A stretch of DNA of 59,271 nt from Clostridia bacterium (GTDB lineage: Bacteria > UBA6262 > WVXT01), in NCBI GenBank assembly GCA_009619095.1, contig WJOT01000080.1:1-59271 (forward strand), read 5' to 3'. The notes beneath the pieces are model-generated. The model was not told the origin of the DNA. It saw only the letters and a list, made by a program, of their open reading frames with translations, and made no database searches. The position numbers were made by a program, and so were the translations under genes. Of the stretch, positions 53,153 to 59,271 are shown one piece after another. Within the stretch, counting starts at the first letter, position 1. Each line of letters opens with the position of its first letter.

Positions 53153-54108
53153 AAGTTGCTTTCCTCTTTCCAGGTCAGGGCTCACAATACGTAGGTATGG
53201 GAAGGGAACTATACGAAAGGTACGAGCCGGCCCGGAAGATTATTGACCGGGCAAATGATATTTTAGGTTACGACCTCAGAAAAAAAATTTTTTATGGCCC
53301 TGAGGAGGAATTACAACAAACTCTAATTACTCAGCCCGCCGTCTTTACTATAAGTGTTGCTTGTTTGGAAGTTCTCCAGAGACCTGAAAGTTACTCTTCT
53401 AAAGAAATCTTAAGACCCCAGATTGTAGCCGGCCATAGTTTGGGAGAATATACTGCTTTAGTTGCTGCAGGGGTTTTCGATTTTCCCCAAGCCTTATCAG
53501 TAGTTCAAAAAAGAGCTGAGTTTATTCATAAGGCTTCCCAGGAGAAGCCCGGAGCAATGGCAGCCATTATAGGATTGGAAAGAGAGAAATTAGAAGAAGT
53601 TATTGAGGAAGTTAGAGGAGAAGAAGTACTGGAAGCTGTAAATTTCAATTCTCCTCATCAAATAGTTATTGCTGGAGAATTGAAAGCGATTGAGAGGGCT
53701 GTGGAAGGAGCCAAAGCAAAAGGCGCAAAGAGGGCTATTATTCTAAAAGTTAGCGGAGCTTTCCACTCCCAGTTGATGGCTCAAGCGGGGAAGAATCTGG
53801 CCAGAGAATTGGAGAATTATGAGTTGAAAGATCCCGTTATTCCTGTGGTGACAAACTGTAATGCGAAACCGGCAACTTCACGGGAAGAAATCAGAAAAGC
53901 ATTGGTTTCACAAATAGATAATCCTGTATTATGGGAAGATAGTATAAAAGAGATGTTCCAAAGAGGTGTGGAGATTTTTATTGAGGTAGGTCCAGGGAAG
54001 GTGTTAACTGGACTTTTAAGTAGAATAACCAAGGGGTCTTCCGGATTAAACGTGGAAGACGAGAAAAGTCTTCAGGAAACCCTTAAGAAACTGGAAGGAT
54101 TAGATTAA
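53146..54108 (+). CDS. fabD: Malonyl-CoA-ACP transacylase
   Basis: FPGQGSQYVGM and GHSLGEYTA. Confidence 0.92.
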   Translation: MVKVAFLFPGQGSQYVGMGRELYERYEPARKIIDRANDILGYDLRKKIFYGPEEELQQTLITQPAVFTISVACLEVLQRPESYSSKEILRPQIVAGHSLGEYTALVAAGVFDFPQALSVVQKRAEFIHKASQEKPGAMAAIIGLEREKLEEVIEEVRGEEVLEAVNFNSPHQIVIAGELKAIERAVEGAKAKGAKRAIILKVSGAFHSQLMAQAGKNLARELENYELKDPVIPVVTNCNAKPATSREEIRKALVSQIDNPVLWEDSIKEMFQRGVEIFIEVGPGKVLTGLLSRITKGSSGLNVEDEKSLQETLKKLEGLD

Positions 54109-54153
54109 AAGATAGTTTGTTCATTCCAGAGGAATTTCTTAACGTAGAAAGTT

Positions 54154-54260
54154 TTGGAGTCCTCCCGAAAGGGAGGATGGAGTGTCAAGCGAAAGCTTGA
54201 CCCAGTGAAACTCTCGTTTCACACTCCAGAATTTAATATCCTTGCTTTCGCAAGGACTCC
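54154..54260 (+). repeat. About 107-nt multi-hairpin compound element in the fabD-fabG spacer
   Basis: Outer helix ggagtcc/ggactcc. Hairpins tccc-gaaa-ggga, gtcaagc-gaaa-gcttgac, gtgaaac-tctc-gtttcac and ccttgc-tttc-gcaagg. Inner helix tggagtgt/acactcca. Confidence 0.85.
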
Positions 54261-54302
54261 ATATCACAAATTATCTTTTAATGGTGCGGGGGGTGATCGA
54301 TT

Positions 54303-55043
54303 TTGGATTTAAAAGGTAAAGTAGCGATTGTAACTGGAGGGGCGCAGGGGATTGGAAAGACCATTGCTACTCAGTTGGCTCAAGAGGGAGCAAATGTGGT
54401 TATCGCAGATGTTATGGAAGAAGTAGCTAAAGCTACTGCCCGAGAAATTTCCCAAAAAGGAAGTGAAGCTATCTCCATTGGGGTAGATGTCTCTATTCTA
54501 TCTTCGGTGGAAGAAATGGCGAAAAAAACTCTTGACAAATTTGGCAGAATTGATATATTAGTCAACAATGCTGGAATAACTCGAGATGCACTGATAATGC
54601 GCATGAAAGAAGAGGATTGGGACCTGGTTTTGGATATTAATCTCAAGGGCGCATTTAATTGTATTAAGATAGTTTCCCCCGTTATGATGAAGCAAAAGTC
54701 TGGAAAGATTGTTAATATTGCTTCCATTGTGGGGATAATTGGGAACGCTGGTCAAGCTAACTACTCAGCATCTAAAGGAGGGCTGATTGCTTTAACCAAG
54801 ACCTGTGCCAGAGAACTCGCTGGCCGTCGAATAAATGTTAATGCTGTGGCTCCGGGCTTTATTCAAACGAGCATGACTGAACGATTATCTGCACAAGTAA
54901 AAGAGAAATTATCTTCTCAAATTCCTTTTGGTGAGTTAGGGAAGTCCGAAGATGTGGCTAGCGCAGTCCTATTTTTAGTATCTGAGAAAGCCAGTTATAT
55001 TACCGGAGAAGTAATTAAAGTAGATGGTGGCATGGCAATGTAG
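54303..55043 (+). CDS. fabG: 3-oxoacyl-ACP reductase
   Basis: TGGAQGIGK and YSASKGG (YxxxK). TTG start. Confidence 0.9.
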   Translation: MDLKGKVAIVTGGAQGIGKTIATQLAQEGANVVIADVMEEVAKATAREISQKGSEAISIGVDVSILSSVEEMAKKTLDKFGRIDILVNNAGITRDALIMRMKEEDWDLVLDINLKGAFNCIKIVSPVMMKQKSGKIVNIASIVGIIGNAGQANYSASKGGLIALTKTCARELAGRRINVNAVAPGFIQTSMTERLSAQVKEKLSSQIPFGELGKSEDVASAVLFLVSEKASYITGEVIKVDGGMAM

Positions 55044-55111
55044 AGTTTTCAAAACGTGTAACTTTTTAATTGTTTGGTTACACAATTCTTTTGTGGAGGT
55101 GAAAAAACAAA

Positions 55112-55351
55112 ATGGCAGTAGCCGAAAAGGTAAAAGAAATCATTGTTGAACAACTTGGGGTAGATCCGGAAGAGGTGACTATAGAGGCTTCATTTGTTAA
55201 TGATTTGGGAGCCGATTCTTTGGATACTGTAGAACTTGTAATGGCACTGGAAGAAGAATTTAATATCGAAATCCCAGACGAAGAAGCAGAAAAATTAGAT
55301 ACAGTTGGTAAAGCGATCGAGTACATTAATAGACATAAAGCACAAGCCTAA
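55112..55351 (+). CDS. acpP: Acyl carrier protein
   Basis: [11 protein letters not shown] phosphopantetheine site. 79 aa. Confidence 0.95.
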   Translation: MAVAEKVKEIIVEQLGVDPEEVTIEASFVNDLGADSLDTVELVMALEEEFNIEIPDEEAEKLDTVGKAIEYINRHKAQA

Positions 55352-55363
55352 ACTAACAAGAAG

Positions 55364-55406
55364 AAAACCGCTACACAGCAGGAATTTTTGGCGTGGTAGC
55401 GGTTTT
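55364..55406 (+). terminator. Rho-independent terminator or attenuator after acpP
   Basis: The A-tract plus ccgctac (55368-74) pairs with gtagcgg (55396-402), followed by tttt. Confidence 0.6.
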
Positions 55407-55448
55407 GTATTTTATTTTTTTTCTTCCGATTAAATTTTTGGAGGGGAA

Positions 55449-56699
55449 ATGGACCGCAGAGTAGTGATTACGGGATACGGAGTCATTTCGCCAATCGGAA
55501 TCGGAGCAGATGATTTCTGGAACTCACTAGTGAGCGGAAAGTCGGGCATAAGTAGAATCTCGACCTTTGATACCTCTCAATTCTCAACCCAGATTGGTGC
55601 TGAAGTAAAGAATTTCCAACCAGAAAAATATATTGATAAAAAGAAGATTAGAAAGATGGATCGTTTTAGTCAACTTGCGTTTGCTGCTGCCAAGATAGCC
55701 ATAGAGGACGCAAAGCTTGACATGAAGAAGGAAGATCCTTTTCGAGCAGGAGTTATCGTGGGTTCTGGCATAGGAGGATTATCTACTGTTGCTGCGGAAC
55801 ATAAGGTATTATTAGAGAAAGGACCTCGTCGGGTAAGTCCTTTTATGATCCCCATGCTAATTACCAATATTGCTGCTGGAGAGATTGCCATTGCTCACAA
55901 CATCCAGGGGCCAAACTATTCATTATCCAGCGCCTGTGCTACCAGTAACCATACGATAGGAGATGCTTTACGCCTCATCCATTATGGGGATGCAGATGTG
56001 ATTATTGCCGGTGGTTCGGAAGCGGCAGTTACTCCCCTGGGCCTTGCTGGCTTCTGTTCAGCCAGAGCTTTGTCTACTCGAAATGACGACCCTGAACACG
56101 CCAGTCGGCCTTTCGACAAGGAGAGAGATGGTTTTGTAATGGGAGAAGGAGCTGGAATTGTAATTTTGGAATTGTTAGAACACGCCCTTTCCCGGGGAGT
56201 TACCATTCGCGCTGAACTGATTGGCTATGGAGCTACAAACGATGCTTACCATATTACTGCTCCCTCTCCTGACGGGCAGAGTGCTGCTCGGGCTATGTCT
56301 AATGCTTTAGCCGATGGCGGTGTAAAACCCGAAGAAGTCGATTACATAAATGCTCACGGCACTTCCACTCCTTTAAATGATAAGGTAGAAACCCTTGCCG
56401 TAAAGAAAGTTTTTGGGGACTATGCCTACAAGATTCCCATTTCATCAAGCAAGTCTATGATCGGGCACCTCCTGGGAGCAGCAGGAGTTGTAGAATTAAT
56501 CGCCACAATTCTTAGCATGGAAAAAGAGATGCTCCCTCCAACGATAAACTATGAATTTCCTGATCCCGAATGTGACCTGGACTATGTCCCCAATAAAGCC
56601 CGCCCTAAGAAAATCAATGTAGCCCTCTCCAACTCTTTAGGTTTTGGTGGCCATAATGCCACCTTGGTAGTAAGAAAATATAAACCAGAAACAGTGTAG
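55449..56699 (+). CDS. fabF: 3-oxoacyl-ACP synthase II
   Basis: SSACATSNH active-site Cys. HGTSTP and GHLLGAAG motifs. Confidence 0.93.
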   Translation: MDRRVVITGYGVISPIGIGADDFWNSLVSGKSGISRISTFDTSQFSTQIGAEVKNFQPEKYIDKKKIRKMDRFSQLAFAAAKIAIEDAKLDMKKEDPFRAGVIVGSGIGGLSTVAAEHKVLLEKGPRRVSPFMIPMLITNIAAGEIAIAHNIQGPNYSLSSACATSNHTIGDALRLIHYGDADVIIAGGSEAAVTPLGLAGFCSARALSTRNDDPEHASRPFDKERDGFVMGEGAGIVILELLEHALSRGVTIRAELIGYGATNDAYHITAPSPDGQSAARAMSNALADGGVKPEEVDYINAHGTSTPLNDKVETLAVKKVFGDYAYKIPISSSKSMIGHLLGAAGVVELIATILSMEKEMLPPTINYEFPDPECDLDYVPNKARPKKINVALSNSLGFGGHNATLVVRKYKPETV

Positions 56700-56736
56700 T
56701 TTGCAGCTACAATTTCGAATTTTAAAGCATTTGTAA

Positions 56737-56899
56737 GTCCCGATTCATCGGGACAAGAATGGTTTTGCATCCCGATTTTCAATCGGGAAATCTGTGCCTA
56801 CAATTGATTATGCTGTCATTGCGAACGGAGTGAAGCAATCTCGTAATTCAGGTTTTAATTTTGCATCCCGATTTTCAATCGGGAAATCTGTGCCTACAA
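56737..56899 (+). repeat. Five repeat modules in the fabF-rnc spacer, including two direct copies of the 37-nt family-A unit
   Basis: gtcccgattcatcgggac at 56737-54. Family A units at 56767-56803 and 56863-56899, identical to each other. gtcattgcgaacggagtgaagcaatctcg at 56815-43. Confidence 0.9.
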
Positions 56900-56920
56900 C
56901 GAAACGGAGGATTCTTTAAT

Positions 56921-57607
56921 ATGAACTCGAAGAATCTTGAACAAAAGTTAAAAATAAATTTTAAAAACAAAGAACTGTTTTGGCAGGCTTTAACGCATAA
57001 ATCTTATGCGCACATGTCCGGTATAAAAGAAGATAATGAACGACTCGAGTTTCTAGGGGACAGTGTGCTGAATTTAGTGATATCTGAGCACCTTTATCAG
57101 CGGTATCCAACATACGACGAAGGGAAGTTAACTAAACTGAAATCGAGCCTGGTAAACAGAAAGTCTCTTCTGCTCTGGGCCAAGAAATTATCCCTGGGCG
57201 ACTATCTTTTAATAAGTGAAGAGGAAGAGAAAGCAGGCGGTCGCCAGAGAGCTTCTCTGTTAAGTAATGCCTTGGAGGCCCTAATCGGTGCGATTTACCA
57301 GGATCAGGATTGGGATAAGGCAAAGAAGTTTATTCTGGGACAGATTTTCACGCTTAAGGGCATAAGGAAGGTAGATTATAAAAGTAGTCTTCAAGAGTTG
57401 ATTCAAAAGAAATATAAGATTTTACCAGAATATAAGGTAAAGACAGAGTGGGGTCCAGCCCACAAGAAATTTTTTGAAATCGAAGTGAAAGTGAAAAGTA
57501 GAATTTTTGGCCGGGGCACGGGGTTGAGCAAAAAAACAGCCGAACAAGAAGCAGCTAAAAAGGCACTAAAGAAGATTAAAGCTAAGAAAAAAACGAAGAC
57601 ACAATAA
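56921..57607 (+). CDS. rnc: Ribonuclease III
   Basis: ATG 56921 follows GGAGG; the tracked start at 56861 reads through a repeat. ERLEFLGDSVL catalytic motif and a C-terminal dsRBD. Confidence 0.92.
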   Translation: MNSKNLEQKLKINFKNKELFWQALTHKSYAHMSGIKEDNERLEFLGDSVLNLVISEHLYQRYPTYDEGKLTKLKSSLVNRKSLLLWAKKLSLGDYLLISEEEEKAGGRQRASLLSNALEALIGAIYQDQDWDKAKKFILGQIFTLKGIRKVDYKSSLQELIQKKYKILPEYKVKTEWGPAHKKFFEIEVKVKSRIFGRGTGLSKKTAEQEAAKKALKKIKAKKKTKTQ

Positions 57608-57679
57608 ACAGTTTTCAAACTGTGGAGTAGCAGAACTTGCTCTATGTTATTATCGTCCCGATTCATCGGGACTACTCCA
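57608..57679 (+). repeat. Hairpin after rnc plus a compound repeat closed by tggagtag/ctactcca
   Basis: acagttt-tc-aaactgt at 57608-23. gtcccgattcatcgggac at 57655-72 is identical to 56737-54. Confidence 0.8.
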
Positions 57680-57696
57680 ATTTTTTGGAGGGCGAT

Positions 57697-58860
57697 ATGG
57701 AATACTTTCTTAGTGAAGAACAGAAGATGATTTGTGAATTAGCCAGAAGGATTGCTGAAGAGAAAATTAAGCCGGTACGAGAGCATTATGATGAGACTGA
57801 AGAATTTCCCTGGCCGATTGTGGAGGAGTTGGCTAAAGTAGACCTCTGCGGGGTGTATATTCCTGAGGAATATGGCGGAACTGGCGGAGGGGTGTTTGAG
57901 CTATGCCTTGCCGTGGAAGAGCTCTGCAAAATTGATGGGGGAATAGCTTTGGTATTAGCTGCCACAGCCCTGGCTGCTTTTCCTATTATGCTTTTTGGTA
58001 ACGATGAACAGAAGAAAAAATATCTCCCGGATATTGCAGCGGGTAAGAAATTGGCAGCCTTTGCTCTCACTGAGCCAGGTGCTGGTTCCGATGCCGCAGC
58101 TATTCAAACCACTGCTAAGAAAGAAGGAGACAGCTATATCCTGAATGGCACGAAATGCTTCATTACCAATGGAGGGGAAGCACAAATTTATATAGTAATT
58201 ACCATGACCGACAAAACAAAAGGTTCCCGGGGAGCATCTGCCTTCATTGTGGAAAAAGATACTCGTGGATTCTCATTTGGAAAGAAAGAGAAAAAGATGG
58301 GAATTCGCGGTTCTGCGACAAGAGAATTGATTTTCAATGAGTGCAAAGTTCCTAAAGAAAACCTTTTAGGTAGAGAAGGTCAAGGATTTATAATTGCCTT
58401 GAAAACTTTCGACGTTTCTCGTCCGGGAGTGGCTGCCCAGGCTCTGGGAATTGCTGCTGGTGCTCTGGAGGACGCGATTAAGTATTCCAGGGAGAGAGAA
58501 CAGTTCGGACAGTCCATCTCTTCCTTTCAGGCAATCCAGCATCTTTTAGCTGATATGGCCACTGAAGTGGAGGCAGCTCGAGCATTAATCTATGCTACTG
58601 CCAGGATGATCGATAAAGGCCCAAAAACGAGAACTACCAAAGAGTCGGCGATGTGTAAACTCCTTGCTTCCGACGTGGCTATGAAAGTTACCACTGACGC
58701 TGTTCAAGTTTACGGAGGCTATGGATATATGCGCGAGTATCCTATGGAAAAGCGAATGCGCGATGCCAAAATCACCCAGATTTACGAAGGGACAAACCAG
58801 GTTATGAGAAATGAGATAGCACTTGCCCTGATAAAGGAAGCGGCTAGAGCAAAGAAATGA
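57697..58860 (+). CDS. Acyl-CoA dehydrogenase (butyryl-CoA dehydrogenase-like)
   Basis: ATG 57697 follows GGAGGG. ALTEPGAGSD and YEGTNQVMRNEIA motifs. Confidence 0.88.
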   Translation: MEYFLSEEQKMICELARRIAEEKIKPVREHYDETEEFPWPIVEELAKVDLCGVYIPEEYGGTGGGVFELCLAVEELCKIDGGIALVLAATALAAFPIMLFGNDEQKKKYLPDIAAGKKLAAFALTEPGAGSDAAAIQTTAKKEGDSYILNGTKCFITNGGEAQIYIVITMTDKTKGSRGASAFIVEKDTRGFSFGKKEKKMGIRGSATRELIFNECKVPKENLLGREGQGFIIALKTFDVSRPGVAAQALGIAAGALEDAIKYSREREQFGQSISSFQAIQHLLADMATEVEAARALIYATARMIDKGPKTRTTKESAMCKLLASDVAMKVTTDAVQVYGGYGYMREYPMEKRMRDAKITQIYEGTNQVMRNEIALALIKEAARAKK

Positions 58861-59271
58861 ATTTCATTGTCTGCATTAAACAGGTACCAGGAACTACAGA
58901 GGTAAAGATTGACCCTAAAACCAACACTTTGATTCGCGAGGGGGTTGAGTCCATTGTAAACCCATTCGATAGTTATGCGATTGAGGAAGCTTTGAGACTC
59001 AAAGAGAGAATGGGAGGAAAGGTAACTGTAATTTCCATGGGACCTCCACAAGCTGAATCGGCTCTCCGAGAAGCTCTATCTATGGGATGCGATGAAGCCA
59101 TCCTCCTTACTGACCGTGCCTTTGCAGGAAGTGATACCTTAGCCACTTCCTATATCTTGGCGCGCGGGATCAAGAAGATAGGGGAATTTGATTTAGTCAT
59201 CTGTGGTAAACAGGCTATTGATGGAGATACAGCACAGGTCGGTCCGGGGATTGCAGAAAAACTGGGAGTTC
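58857..59271 (+). CDS. etfB: Electron transfer flavoprotein beta subunit, N-terminal part (runs off the window)
   Basis: My own translation from ATG 58857: MNFIVCIKQVPGTTEVKIDPKTNTLIREG...VICGKQAIDGDTAQVGP. The ATGA overlap links it to the acyl-CoA dehydrogenase gene. Confidence 0.85.
   Translation, partial: MNFIVCIKQVPGTTEVKIDPKTNTLIREGVESIVNPFDSYAIEEALRLKERMGGKVTVISMGPPQAESALREALSMGCDEAILLTDRAFAGSDTLATSYILARGIKKIGEFDLVICGKQAIDGDTAQVGPGIAEKLGV

Noticed and set aside
56767-56899. Possible mini-CRISPR array: two identical 37-nt hairpin-containing repeats separated by a 59-nt spacer, with a third copy at 1053-1089.
   Set aside because: There are only two adjacent units, and the 59-nt spacer is too long and is itself a member of another repeat family. 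There are no cas genes and no leader-like AT-rich region. The repeat occurs singly elsewhere, in the same way as the other hairpin modules.
1-59271. Possibility of an alternative genetic code (TGA or TAG reassignment), as in some candidate phyla.
   Set aside because: Genes of expected length terminate at TGA, TAA and TAG alike. No conserved protein is interrupted by an in-frame stop, apart from the frameshifted GT-C gene, where the problem is a frame change rather than a stop codon.

Overview
Bacterial chromosomal window using the standard genetic code, with GGAGG-type ribosome binding sites. All of the roughly 57 credible genes lie on the + strand. Every long minus-strand ORF is an antisense shadow of a recognisable + strand gene. 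Gene content in order: (1) the recG 3' end and coaD. (2) A complete type IVa pilus cluster in the Myxococcus-like order pilB-pilT-pilC-pilA-[ABC ATPase + ABC-2 permease + TPR protein]-pilD-pilMNOPQ. (3) Directly downstream, about 30 kb of envelope or protein glycosylation genes. These comprise two tandem O-antigen-ligase-like (Wzy_C) proteins with C-terminal TPR domains, a GbsR/MarR-type regulator, six GT4 glycosyltransferases, a MurJ/MOP flippase, two B12-binding radical SAM enzymes, two SAM methyltransferases, AsnB, one GT2, two GT-C (GT39/ArnT-like) enzymes, a small Cys-rich protein, UDP-sugar dehydrogenase and epimerases, a WecA-like initiating transferase and an FAD oxidoreductase. (4) Archaeal-size leuC/leuD (or hacAB) split by a DUF559 endonuclease cassette, an IDH3-like dehydrogenase, ndk and nfnAB. 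(5) rpmF-plsX-fabHDG-acpP-fabF-rnc. (6) An acyl-CoA dehydrogenase and the start of etfB. Two things stand out. The first is the pilus-adjacent glycosylation supercluster, with its two Wzy_C-TPR fusions, GT2/GT-C pair, B12-rSAM enzymes and gene-decay scars; I propose it as a candidate pilin or surface-protein glycosylation system. The second is a mosaic superfamily of GC-rich nested-hairpin repeats that occupies most of the larger intergenic gaps. It includes identical 18-37 nt modules, compensatory stem variants, MITE-like terminal inverted repeats, a 3 x 27 bp tandem array and one in-frame copy inside a gene. No rRNA, tRNA, cas genes or transposase genes were seen. All functional calls come from motif recognition in the supplied translations; no database search was possible.
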